Shown piece by piece: positions 1-11,637 of a stretch of 64,000 nt of DNA (position 1 is the stretch's first letter; every line of letters begins with the position of its first letter). The DNA is from Octopus vulgaris (Eukaryota): NCBI GenBank assembly GCA_951406725.2, contig OX597817.1, positions 136,338,001 to 136,402,000 of the forward strand. The letters are read 5' to 3'. Under the pieces are notes generated by a model that was not told the DNA's origin, searched no databases, and saw only the letters and a list, made by a program, of their open reading frames with translations. The position numbers and the translations under genes were made by a program.

Positions 1-199
1 AGATGCTCTTTATTTCTTTCAATTATTTTAAATATAACAAAGAATTTAGTAAAATAACTTTGTTATCATTAAACTAGTGTTAGGAACATAAATTGCGACT
101 AAGGTTTGGTAGAAGATTTTAATTCAGAACTTATGAAAACAAGACGTTTGTACTCAGAATCAGATCCGGTTTCAGCTGGGGTGGTAACGAAAGGGTTAA
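1..199. mobile_element. TTAA-terminated MITE fragment (piggyBac-like end); decayed relative at ~41273-41470
   Basis: Ends GGTAACGAAAGGG-TTAA. The internal sequence (aagaatttagtaaaa...aaaacaaga...tttgta) recurs at 41346-41470. Confidence 0.5.
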
Positions 200-356
200 T
201 ACTTTAGCATTCTGATTACTCAATAATCAAATGTTATGTTTATTTTTGGACTAACATTACAGGGTCAGTGTGAAAGGCCTGATCCGGCCAGTTTCAACAC
301 AAAACAGGTAGAATATTTAGGGGCAGATATGGCCAGCTTAAATGCTAAAGGGTTGA
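196..356. mobile_element. Small TTAA-type MITE
   Basis: Terminal inverted repeats TTAAtactttagcatt (196-211) and aatgctaaagggTTGA (341-356). Confidence 0.45.
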
Positions 357-475
357 TAGGGTTGACTACAGAACAAACCAAGAACAAATTTCTGCCCACA
401 GATACAACAGATGCTGTAGCCACTACATATAGACCAAGAAGACATACTGAATACTGCAAGAAAGATGTCCTCCAC

Positions 476-502
476 TTACAAAACAGACACGTCACTAAAA
501 CA
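476..502 (-). CDS. Candidate short exon: 23 nt CFSDVSV(F/L), or terminal CFSDVSVL* if read through the donor
   Basis: Acceptor ttgttttctgttattgcag| and donor |gtaagt (474-479); an in-frame TAA overlaps the donor. Based on splice signals only. Confidence 0.35.
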   Translation of the reverse strand, partial: CFSDVSVL

Positions 503-794
503 CTGCAATAACAGAAAACAACAAGGATTTCACCTAACAAACTCAAAGTTGATATATTGTTGTTTATGTAACACTGTCAATAGTTAGTATAGTGTTGTTT
601 ACTATTTGACACCAACAACAGTTAATATATTTTCTTTTGTTTTCAGTGACATTCACGATTTCAACTTCTTATTTATACAAGTGTATTTCTGTATGTCTTG
701 TCCACATTACTTATGGAATAAATGTTTGGTAGTATTTAGTCTGCATGTGGGCATGTGGATGTACGTGCATCAATATATGAAAGGTGTATATATA

Positions 795-2176
795 TCATCA
801 TCATCATCATCATCATTTAGCGTCCGTTTTCCATGCTAGCATGGGTTGGACGGTTCAACTGGGGTCTGGGGAGCCCGAAGGCTGCACCAGGCCAGTCAGA
901 TCTGGCAGTGTTTCTACAGCTGGATGCCCTTCCTAACGCCAACCACTCCGAGAGTGTAGTGGGTGATTTTATGTGCCACCGACACAGGTGCCAGACGAGG
1001 CTGGCGAACGGCCACGCTCGGATGGTGTTTTTATGTGCCACCGACACAGGTGCCAGACGAGGCTGGCAGACGGCCACGCTCGGATGGTGTTTTTATGTGC
1101 CACCGACACAGGTGCCAGATGAGGCTGGCGGACGGCCACGATCGGATGGTGTTTGTTACGTCCCCAAAGCACGGAGGCCAGTTTATGCGGTACTGGCTAC
1201 GGCCACGTTCGGATGATTTTCTTGTGTGCCACCGGCACGGGTACCACAAAGATACAAATTCCATTGATGTTCATCTATTTTGATTTGTTTTGATTTGATT
1301 TGATTTTCACTTGCCTCAACAGGTCTTCACAAGTGTCACAAGAAGGAAGGTATGCACAGGTGGACTGACTACGTCCCAGGTAGGGGCCACGGGTTATGGC
1401 CTGACTAGTCTTGCCGGGTCTTCGGATGGTGTTTTTATGTGCCACCGACACAGGTGCCAGATGAGGCTGGCGAATGGCCACGATCGGATGGTGTTTGTTG
1501 CGTGCCCACAGCACGGAGGCCAGTCGATGCGGTACTGGCTACGACCACGTTCGGATGGTTTTCTTGTGTGCCACCGGCACTGGTACCACAAGATACAAAT
1601 TCCATTGATGTTCATCTATTTTGATTTGATTTGATTTGATTTTCACTTGCCTCAACAGGTCTTCACAAGTGTCACAAGAAGGAAGGAAGGTATGCACAGG
1701 TGGACTGACTACGTCCCAAGTAGGGGCCATGGGTTATGGCCTGACTAGTCTTGCCGGGTCTTCGGTTGGTGTTTTTATGTGCCACCGACACAGGTGCCAG
1801 ATGAGGCTGGCGGACGGCCACGATCGGATGGTGTTTGTTATGTGCCCACATCACAGAGGCCAGTCGATGCGGTACTGGCTACGGCCACGTTCGGATGGTT
1901 TTCTTGTGTGCCACCGGTACTGGTACCACAAAGATACAAATTCCATTGATGTTCATCAATTTTGATTTGGTTTGATTTGATTTGATTTGATTTTGATTTT
2001 CACTTGCCTCAACAGGTCTTCACAAGTGTCATAAGTAGGAAGGTATGCACAGGTGGACTGACTACGTCGCCGGGTCTTCGGATGGTGTTTTTATGTGCCA
2101 CCGACACAGGTGCCAGATGAGGCTGGCGAATGGCCACGATCGGATGGTTTTCTTGTGTGCCACCGGTACTGGAACC
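795..2176 (-). mobile_element. RTE-LINE 3'UTR copy with ~61-bp internal repeats and three ~340-bp tandem units
   Basis: (CAT)n start and the ggatgcccttcctaacgccaacc motif. It is homologous to the 3'UTR of the RTE at 54026-54629. Unit starts at ~1079, 1421, 1761 and 2077. Confidence 0.85.
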
Positions 2177-3129
2177 AATATATATATATATATATATATA
2201 TATAAGTTCAGCAAAATTTAGATTCAAATGAATATGGTACTTAAGTTAGATGCACCAGAATTTTGTATGGTGTTATCCATATAAATCCACGGGGTGATTA
2301 TAATCAAAATAAGTATATATATATATATAGAGAGAGAGAGATTAGTTAACCTGAAGAAAATTTTAACTAGGCCTCACCTACAAGGTCATGCACTGTTTAT
2401 CTTGATATGAGATCACAATGTCGCGCACATATGGTTGTGATGCATGTGCTTGATGTACCCTTATCTGACGGGTAGTCATGATGGGTATGCAGGGCTTTGT
2501 ATATTTTACCCCAGTGTCACTTCAATGGCATGCACTGCTCTCTCACACAATAATTTCTTTTATTTTCAATCGGGGTGAAGGATGTGGGGGACAATATAAA
2601 GACAGACATAAAGTGTGACGGTTTACATATAAAGCAATGATTAAAAAAGAGTATACATGGTGTACATTACAAAATGTGAGGTATACATAGTATATGACTG
2701 TAAGAGAAAAAAATGGTGATAGTGATGGGGTCCACCATACAAGAACCCCTTGAATATCAAAGACAAGTACCTTCTCTAACTCCTTTTCTCCAACTCACAG
2801 GTCTAAACTTAGAGTTGTACCATCCACTCAGGGATGGACTGAGCCCGGAGCCAGGAGCTCTGAGGGGCCTGCATTCTACATGTTACTCTACTGATATCAA
2901 TGCTAAGGAGCCTGGTAAACAGTTATGCCTGAGGGCCCTTAATACTCTCAGTCTGCCCCTGCATCCACTCTTGTCATTTTTGCAACTTTCACCCACCATT
3001 TAATAAATTCACTTGAGGAAAGCACCTCCCTCTCCACCCTCCACTTTTCTTTTCAAGTGAAACTTGAAAAAGTTGATAAGAGCTTTACCAAAGAGGAATG
3101 TCTAGCCTCATTCCTTTCAGCCTCATTCA

Positions 3130-3993
3130 GAGCATCTGTGTTTCTTATTAGGGAGGTAGTGCATGAAAACACTTGGTATTCCTCATACAAGATGAGAAGG
3201 GACCAATTTTTATTCCAAGTCATCAAGGACAAGAGGAAAGACTGCGCTACAAAGCTTTTGGACAAATTCAAGCATCCTCTGCAACCGAACATGCTTTGGT
3301 TTTTCTCAGACAAGAAAATTTTTTGCCAAGATCAGATAGTGAATGCACAGAACAACTGTTGGCTTGCAGTGTTCCCAAAACATGTACCGAGAGTGTTAAA
3401 AATCAAACACCCAGTCAACATCATGGTGTTTGGAGTGATCACTAGTGATGGTGACATTATGTCTCCATTCATCTTCTCACACAGCCTCAGACTCAACACA
3501 GAGGCCTACATCAAATGCCTGGAGGAGGTAATGCTGCCCTGGGTCAAGAAGGTGGCTGCTGGAAGACCTTATCTCTGGCAACGGGATTCTGTACCATGCC
3601 ACACAAGCAGGAGAACCCAGTCATGTCTGTCAGACAATCTCTGCAACCACATCACCCTTAACACTGGCTACCTAACTCCCCAGACTGCAACCCCCTTGAT
3701 TACTATGTGTGGGTGCAGTTGAGCAAGACACCAACAAAATTCCTTGTAACACCAAAGATAAACTGAAAGTAAGGATTATGGCAGCATTCACCTACTTAAA
3801 CAGGGAGACTGTCCAGAAAAGTTGCAGGAGATTCTGAAGTCTGAAGTCAATGGTAATTTTAGTGAATATATTTACTCTTTAGAATTTCAAGATATTTTTA
3901 TGTAATTTTGGTAAATATATCTGTTAGAATGGGATATCAATGTTATTTTCATTTTTGCATGATTTAGACGAAAATTTATTCATCACACCCTGA
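3130..3993 (+). pseudogene. DD37D (maT-like) mariner transposase, 3' half with right TIR
   Basis: FFSDKKIF, MVFGVITSDG, WQRDSVPCHTS and frameshifted PNSPDCNPLDYYVW motifs. TIR ...catcacaccctg at 3981-3992. Confidence 0.85.
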
Positions 3994-4307
3994 TAATATA
4001 TATTATTAATGCTCACACTCCTAAACATAGGTATTTTGAATCAGTATTTTTGCAATTTGGCAGTCCTTTACATTGAATTTCCCATGTTTTTTTTTAATAT
4101 TTTTTTTTTTACCAAGGCCCTGCAGAGACTTGTATACATACATAGATAGGAATTTTTTATAAATCAACTAATGTATATAAGTCGAAACAAATTGTTGGCT
4201 TTATGTAGTTTGTTTTAAAAATTTGTTGTGTTCTCTTATCATCATCCAGTGTTTTAAATCTGGGTTTTGTCCTCGTTAATGGGGGTGGCCAGATCTACTT
4301 CTATGCC

Positions 4308-4746
4308 ATAAGAAACTCAGATACTCCCATGTCTCTGGTGATGGACCTGATTGACTTGGAGGCATCGTTGTCAATCGTGGCTTGGATTTCACCCAAAAAT
4401 TCAGGAGTTTTTTTCTTATCAGAATGATCAGGGTGAGTTTTCCAAGCTGCTGTACCTTCCCAATCACCATTAGACTCATCCAACTCTTCCTGAATCCTCT
4501 GCACTGCTCTCAGATTGACACCTAAACACTCTGAAATGTCTGCATTGGAGTTTTCAGCATGAATGCTAAGCAATACAGCATATTGTTTCCAAATTTCTGG
4601 CAGAATGAATTGTGTCATGGTGCTATTTTTCTTGCAGACGGTGCCCAACTGACTCTACTATACTGTGTAGTCGACAAAAAAACAAACAATGTGCACACAG
4701 AAAATTAAATATATAAAATGGTAACAATTTACCCATCACACCCTGT
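4308..4746 (-). pseudogene. Same DD37D mariner family, 5' half (HTH region) with left TIR
   Basis: ORF ...ISECLGVNLRAVQRIQEEL...KSIRSITRDMGVSEFL. TIR TA-cagggtgtgatgg matches the TIR at 3981-3992. Confidence 0.8.
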
Positions 4747-4755
4747 ATATATATA

Positions 4756-5140
4756 TCATCATCATCATCATCATCGATTAATGTCCATTTTCCATGCTGG
4801 CATGGGTTGGATGGTTTGATTGAGGTCTGGACAGCCAGCAGCTGCACCAGGCCCCAGTCTGATCTGGCAGTGTTTCTACAGCTGGATGCCCTTCCTAACA
4901 TCAACCACTCCAAGAGTATAGTGGGTACTTTTTACGTGCCACTGGCACAGGAGCCAGTCAGAAGGTACTGGCATTGACCACGCTTGAATGGTGCTTTTTA
5001 CATGCAACCAGTATGAGAGCCAGTCAGGTGGAACTGGCACTGACCATGTTCAGAAGGTGCTTTTTATGTGCCACCAGCACAGGAGCCAGTCTCGGAATAC
5101 TGGCATCGGCCATGTCTGGTTGGTGCTTTTTATGTGCCGT
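4756..5140 (-). mobile_element. RTE-LINE 3'UTR copy
   Basis: (CAT)n tail, conserved family core and gtgccac repeats. Confidence 0.85.
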
Positions 5141-5141
5141 G

Positions 5142-5690
5142 AGACTGGTTTATGGGATTATCCAGGGTTTCTCGTTCATAAAGGGTTTAGCTTTAAGCAG
5201 TATCATCAGAACCCAAAACCTGTTGGCCTAAGATCTCTTCTGGAAAGGAGATATGTAACATCGCTGGCCAGTCATGTCTGGAAACTAAGAGATGATGGGA
5301 TCCCGTACTCAATCTCATGGAAAATCCTCAAGACTCCAGGTCCCTACATCAACAGAATGAAGTGCTGGAAGTTTTGCAAAGCTGAATGCATGAGAATTCT
5401 AAAAGACTCACTTGAACCAGGCAGCATCATCAACCCCAGAACAGAGATTTTTGGGTTATGTTTACATTTTAGGATATTCCTGCTATCTTTTTGGAGATTG
5501 TAAGATGGTGGCACAGCTGGAAGTCAATAGCAAACAGCAAAAGGAGATGATCTCTTATTTACCTTCGTAATGAGGCTTTTCTTCCTCCATATTTTGAAGA
5601 GGTCTTAGGCCAACAAGTTTTGATATGCCATAAAGCTAAACTCTTTATGGACAGGAAACCCAGGGTAATCCCATAAACTGGCCCCTTCCC
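5142..5690 (+). mobile_element. Penelope-like element 3' fragment (GIY-YIG C-terminus plus pLTR) with inverted pLTR piece at the 5' end
   Basis: Translation TSLASHVWKLRDDGIPYSISWKIL...C..C..E...IN.RTEI...C.H is typical of PLE endonuclease ends. 5145-5195 is an inverted copy of 5631-5680. Confidence 0.8.
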
Positions 5691-5744
5691 CATATTTAAA
5701 ATATACACTGTTCTACACTTTAGAGTGTGCATTTTCTAAAATGA

Positions 5745-5915
5745 TATATATATATGAATATGCAGAATACATACATACAGATGCACACACAGACATACAT
5801 ATATACATATGCATACACACACATATATACATACACACATGCATTAATACATACATGCATGCAAGCATGCATAGGCATGCACACACACACACACACACTG
5901 ACCCACACACATGTG
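5745..5915. repeat. Compound (TA/CA/TACA) microsatellite
   Basis: Direct inspection. Confidence 0.85.
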
Positions 5916-5949
5916 CACAAACAAACAAAAAGGAACGTAGTGTAAATAA

Positions 5950-6131
5950 CAGACAGGTTGCAAGATGCAATGAAAATTTTAGGAAAATAAAAATAAGGAA
6001 TAAGTGGAAATTTTACTGGTGAGTGTGTTAAATTATAAGGCACAAAAAGAAAATGACTCTCCCCAGACACAACAGAATATGCTTCAACACACGAACTCAC
6101 ATAAAGAAACTTGCAAACCAAATCCAAAAAC
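5950..6131 (+). repeat. Dispersed repeat (probable PLE pLTR); second, internally inverted copy at 7930-8131
   Basis: gactctccccagacacaacagaatatgcttcaacacacgaactcac is shared by both copies, and 7930-8045 is the reverse complement of 5955-6073. Confidence 0.7.
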
Positions 6132-6143
6132 AAAATATATATA

Positions 6144-7441
6144 TTAGGTCATCCCATAAGTTCTGTCCGATTTTACTTCTTTTAAAATTGAATGAAATTT
6201 GATAGTATTTTAGAATGTCTAATGGAATTAAAAATTATTTTTATGCATTTGTGTACATTTAAACTAATAAATATTATTTTACAGAATAATAGAATTAAAA
6301 TTTCTTTGATTAAAACCCTTTCTAACATGGAAGTATCCAAAGAGCATTTCAGGCACATAATGCTTTATGAGTACAAAAAGGAAACTCTGCAGCCAAAGTG
6401 ACTCAAAACATACACTTAGTTTATGGGAAAGATTTGCTTGAATGGAAGAACTTGCAGAAGATGGCTTGCAAAATTCAGAAGTGGAGATTTCACCCTTGAA
6501 GATGAAGACAGTTGAGTTTGATGATAAGCTCATTGAGGTATTACTTGAAGAAAATTCTGCATTAACAGTTGAAAAATTGGCAATAAAGCTTAGTTCAAAC
6601 CATACAACTGTTCATCATCATCTTCAACAACTTGAAAAGGTTCCTAAACTTGGAAAATAGGTGCTTCCTGAATTGTCCGAAAGCAAAAGCAAGTCCCGAG
6701 TTGACATCTGCTCTTCTCTCTATTCTCACAAACTCATTTCACCCTTTTTGGATAGACTTGTGACTGGTGACGAAAAATGGATCTTCTATCGAAATGGTAG
6801 ACATCGTAAACAGTGGCTTGGTAAAAGGGAAAACCTCAACCACAACTGAGAAGGAAACTTCATGGAGAAAAGCTTCTTCTCTCTATCTGGTAGGATTTTA
6901 AAGGAGTAATTCACTTTGAATTGTTACCACCTAATGCAACAATCAATGCTCAAGTCTATTGTCAGCAATTAGAGCATCTGAACCAAGCTTTGAAGAAAAA
7001 ACACCTGCTTTAGTGAATCGAAAAGGAGTGATGTTTTGTCAGGACAATGCATGACCCCACACTACAAATATCACATCACAGAAGATTGAAGAGCTTGGTT
7101 GGGAAAAAATTCCTCATTCACCTTATTCTCCCGACCTTGCTCCTTCAAACTACCATTTGTTTTGTAGTTTACAGAATGATTTGTGTGTGTGTGTGGGGGT
7201 GGGGGGTGGGGGGTGCATAACTTTTGCAAGTCAGGAGGAGGTCAAAACTGACTTTTCAGAGTTCTTCGCTTTGAAACCAAAAGAGTTTTACATTGATGGG
7301 ATTAAAAAGCTTGTAAATAGATGGAAGGAAGTCATAGATAATCAAGGAAAGTACATTGATGATTAAATTTCAATTAAATATAACATTTGATCACTTGTTT
7401 ACTTTATTCAAAATTCGGACAGAACTTATGGGATGACCTGA
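6144..7441 (+). mobile_element. Full-length decayed DD34D mariner (transposase pseudogene)
   Basis: ~30-bp TIRs (ttaggtcatcccataagttctgtccga / tcggacagaacttatgggatgacctga) with TA flanks. LVTGDEKWIFY, QDNA and YSPDLAPSNYHLF motifs, with stops and frameshifts. Confidence 0.95.
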
Positions 7442-7929
7442 TATATGTTTGTATGCATATACTTTTGTATTGTCAAATAGAATATTCCTAGTAATGGCAT
7501 ATAACCTGTCAGATGTTTCCATTGGTTTTGTGTTTACTATTGCACTTGGCAATATTGAAAGTTCCTCAGACATACTGACCAGAAGCACATCGGCCCTTTA
7601 ATGCAGAAGGTAAAAATACAGTCTTGGTCAGATTGGTGGTGAAAAAAACTGGAACAAAACCCCTTTTCTGAGAAGAGAAAGAAGAGCTGCTTCCCTTTGT
7701 ATGATTCAAGCCATGGAAGAGGAAGTGGGGAGGAGCAACTGTATCAGCATACATTTTACATCCTTTTGTCCACTAAAGGGGATGACTACATTTCCAAAAT
7801 GAATTTTCCACCATGAGGGCAGCAGCTAAAACTTCACTTTTTGCAAGATTGAAATGCATTCTTGAACTCAAAAAGTTAATTGATTGTTATAAAAATATTA
7901 TATTACATTTTATTTAAAATATATATTCT

Positions 7930-8131
7930 GTTGTGTCTGGGGAGAGTCATTTTCTTTTTATACCTTATAATTTAACACACTCACCGGTAAAATTTCCACT
8001 TATTTTTATTTTCTTAAAATTTTTGTTGCGTCTTGCAACCTTTTCAATAGTCTTGACTCTCCTCAGACACAACAGAATATGCTTCAACACACGAACTCAC
8101 ATAAAGAATCTTGCAAACCAAATCCAAAACA
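7930..8131. repeat. Internally inverted copy of the 5950-6131 repeat
   Basis: Switches strand at ~8050, with a hammerhead-like TTGAAAA-GGTTGC..GCAAC core on the minus strand. Confidence 0.7.
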
Positions 8132-8847
8132 GAATTATAATATATATGTATCCATATAAGTTTCAAAAATTAAATAGAAGCACAACAAGGAATGAATAGA
8201 AAATTTACACACAGGACATGGACATGCTCTTGTCTCATCACTTATCATCCCAAAAAGTCATTACAATTTCAAGCCATTACTGAAAATACTGCTTATTTTT
8301 GGTGGTGTCAACAGTGAATAACTGCTGGGAATATTGCGTCAATGTTGACAATAGTGATGAAGACAATTATAAATACAACACAGGTATAAAAGTGAATATA
8401 TAAACAAAATAAATTATACATCATGCAAACAAAATACAGGCCATGGAGCTCTGAGACATGATGAGATGTGTGTATAATATGATGGAAAGTCTTCTACACG
8501 ACTGGAAAGAAGAAAGGATAAAGCATAAGGCGGGAAAAGGCACGGTGGAAAAAGAAATGAACCCAAATTTGAAAGTAGAGAATGCAAAAGGCCAGGAGAA
8601 GCACACACACACACACACTGGAAGATGGATGTTAAAAAGAAGAAAAAGATTTATATATAACGAGAGAGAGAGATTGAAAAGTGAGGAGGAGATAGAGATA
8701 AGAGACAGAGAGAGGGAAAGAGACTAAGAGAAGGAGGTGTAATTGTAAGGCAGTTAAAGGAAAGGTTTTGGTTTTAAAATCCTTACAAATTATTTGATAA
8801 AATGAATTTCTTGAATATATTTGTGAAAAATAAATAAATACAAATAC

Positions 8848-8893
8848 TTCTGTATCAGCAGTTGACTCCATCCTGCCCAACCACTGCCTCACC
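8848..8893 (-). CDS. Candidate 46-nt exon (R)VRQWLGRMESTADTE
   Basis: GC-rich island in AT-rich DNA, with ...ttctgttatataaag| acceptor and |gtattt donor. An upstream gtaagt donor at 8974-8979 would give an 86-nt intron. Confidence 0.35.
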
Positions 8894-9167
8894 CTTTATA
8901 TAACAGAACACAATGTAAGCAAAAGTTTCACATTTAATAATAACTTTGCTTCACTTCCGAAACTAAAGAATAAACTTACAACTGCAATTCTGGCCTTATT
9001 TTTCTGTCATTCTTCCTTCTGCTGCGTTTCTTTTTATTCAATTTTTTTTTACCCCGTTTTTCTCGTTTTTATAAATTATTCATATAATGACAACAATAGG
9101 CTTTATAAGTAAAATCATTTTAAGAAATAAAATTAAGATAAAATTCTTTTTAGAAATACTTTTTAAC

Positions 9168-9197
9168 CTTTCAAAGTTGTCAAATTGATTATAAAAA
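9168..9197 (-). CDS. Candidate 30-nt exon FYNQFDNFE(R)
   Basis: Long poly-T followed by AG acceptor, weak gttaaa donor, and phase-compatible with 8848-8893. Confidence 0.3.
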
Positions 9198-9852
9198 CTA
9201 AAAAAAAAAAAAAAAAAACAGATATTATTATTATTATTATTTAAAGAAAGCGAATTAGTGTGGACATTGCTGCCAGTAATGGAAATTGCCTTTTTTCTTC
9301 TACTATAAAGAAGTTTTCTTATAAAGTTTGTTGTGGAATGAGAAACAGAAATATCCATACATACAAAAAAATAAATAAACAAAAAATAAAACAAATATAT
9401 TTAGGAAATGTTTGGGAAGGTAGAGAAAATGAAAGAAAAAAAAAATCTCTCAGTATACTTTTAATTAATATCTATTAGTAAGTTAATAAGAAATCTAATT
9501 ATAAAAGAAAATTAAATCAAATTAATTAAAGATATAGCATTTTTATGTGGGAAAAAAATAATGAACGGAATAAAAAAAATATAAAAGTACAAATTTGTAA
9601 GTTATTGGATTTAATTTCAATTATTTTTCATTTAAGTGAAGTGGGAGGGTAAAAAAAGTTATAAATTGAGAAATATATATTTTTCAAGATTAAAAAATAA
9701 GATCTAATGAGCTTTGTATAGTTTTCTTTCTCTGTGAGAAATATGAAGAGTTTATCATGGCTTGCTTTATATAGTTTTTGTTTTGATATGGAGAAAAACT
9801 AGCAACACAGGTTCAATTCTAATTGTTTATTGCTTGTGGGACACAATAAGTT

Positions 9853-10058
9853 CTATGTGTGCTGGTGGCACGTGAAAAACAACATTCGAGTGTGGTCGTT
9901 GCCAGTGCCACTGGACTGGCACCCGTGCAGGTAGCACGTAAAAAAAAACACATTTTCAGCATGGTCATTGCCAGAACCATCTGACTGGCCCTCGTGCCAG
10001 TGGTACGTAAAGACAACCACTACACTCTTGGAGTGGTTGGTATTAAGAAGGGCATCTA
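9853..10058 (+). mobile_element. RTE-LINE 3'UTR fragment truncated by the following element
   Basis: ggtggcacgt repeats and ggagtggttggtattaagaagggcatc. Confidence 0.75.
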
Positions 10059-10343
10059 GGGTGTCTTGGGGAAATTTCAAACCTGGGTTCTCATTCCTAA
10101 AGTATTTTTCGATATTATTATTATTATTATTAAGGTCACTGCCTGAAATCAAACTCGGAATCTTGGGATTAGTAGCCCATGCTCTTAACCACTACACCAT
10201 TAAAAAATACCTTAGGAATGAGAACCCAGGTTCGAAATTTCCCCAAGATACCTGATGAAGGCTGGAGAGTATATAAGCCGAAACGTTGTGTTAACAACAA
10301 ACAAGATGAGGACAAATATTGTCAAATGTAAATAATGTAAATA
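10059..10343. mobile_element. tRNA-headed hammerhead SINE-like element, inverted double copy
   Basis: Minus-strand tRNA-like head (10135-10200) plus body, then a plus-strand body with a hammerhead. Homologous to 55684-55946. Confidence 0.75.
10247..10292 (+). ncRNA. Minimal type I hammerhead ribozyme motif
   Basis: gatac-CTGATGA-a-ggct...agcc-GAAAC-GTT-gtgtt: stem I, stem II and palindromic AACGTT stem III. Confidence 0.65.
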
Positions 10344-11109
10344 CACTTGGATGTTTAGTGCCATGGAACATTGGAATTATGGCATAATCTGTTCACTGTC
10401 TGGGAACGAGACTGTGTGACATTCATGTGTTAGTTTCTTAGCAACATAACTGAACTGACATAGTTACGTGCCTGCTATCTCTCTGGTATCATGTTTAGTT
10501 ACTCAATAACAGATATGATAATAAAGAAGTTTAGCCTCCAAGTGGCAGTGATTGTTGTAAATCTCATAAATGATAAACTTTCTAATCAATTGAGGTCCCA
10601 GTTGTCACATGATCTGCTTCTTGCTATTAGATCAACAAAACTGAAACAAAGATCCTCAACTATTTTACATCATCACCATTTAACGTCTGTTTCCTATGCT
10701 GGCATGGGTTGGATGAGTCGATAGTAACTGGCAAGGCCAGGGATCACATCAGGTTCCACAGTCTGTTTTGGTTTGGTTTCTACAACTGGATGCCCCGCTT
10801 CTTCATATCAACCACTTTACAGAGTGTGATGGGTGTTTTTTACATGGCATCAGCATTGTGAGGTACACTTCAGTTATTAACCACTTCCATCCCACCACTG
10901 TTGCCAATATTTGGGATAGGTGTATGGTGTGAGGGTTACTTCCTCTTTCCTGACAGGTTTAAAGGCTACAGCACCTTCACCCCTGATAAATATGTATTCC
11001 CCAGTAAAAGAAGAGATAGAAGAGTTAGTCATTGTACTACAAATCATATACTAATAAAAAAAAAACCTTCTCTATTAATTGTTTACATTTGATATTTCAT
11101 AAATTGTTT

Positions 11110-11637
11110 TGAGAAGACCCGGCAAGCCAAATGAGACCGTAACCATGGCCTATGCCAGTGCAGCATAACTAGCCCACTGAGAAGACCTGTTGAGTCAAGT
11201 GAAGTCATTGTCATGGCCAATGACAGTACCACCTGACTGGTTCCAAGCTGGTGGCACGTAAAAAGCACCATTCGAATGTAGTCGTTGCCAGTGCCACCTG
11301 ATTGGCACTCGTGCCGGTGGTAAGTAAAAAGCACCATTCGTGTGTGGTTGATGCCAGTGCTGCCTGACTGGTCCCATGCTGGTGGCATGTAAAAAGCACC
11401 ATTCAAGCATGGTCAATGCCAGTACTGCCTGACTGGCCCTAATGCCGGTGACATGCAAAAAGCACCCACTACACTCTCGGAGTGGTTGGCATTAGGAAGG
11501 ACTTCTAGCTGTAGAAGCTTTGCCAGATCAGCTTGGAGCCTTGGGCAGCCTCTTTGCTTGCCAGCCCCCAGTCAAACCATCCAACCCATGCAAGCATGGA
11601 AAGCGGACATTAAATGATGATAATGATGATGATGATG
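11110..11637 (+). mobile_element. RTE-LINE 3' end (last ORF codons plus 3'UTR)
   Basis: Starts gagaagacccggcaag as at 54002 and ends in (GAT)n. Confidence 0.85.

Noticed and set aside
960-1150. CRISPR-like regular repeats
   Set aside because: These are whole-unit tandem repeats in an RTE 3'UTR, with no unique spacers, no cas genes and a eukaryotic context.
5713-6133. Cys/Val/Tyr/His-rich ORFs
   Set aside because: They are translations of CA/TA microsatellites, as also at ~14300, 28350, 34220 and 46400.
7450-7870. Unique-looking segment as a coding exon
   Set aside because: The frames examined have stops, there are no clear splice borders, and no recognisable motif is present.
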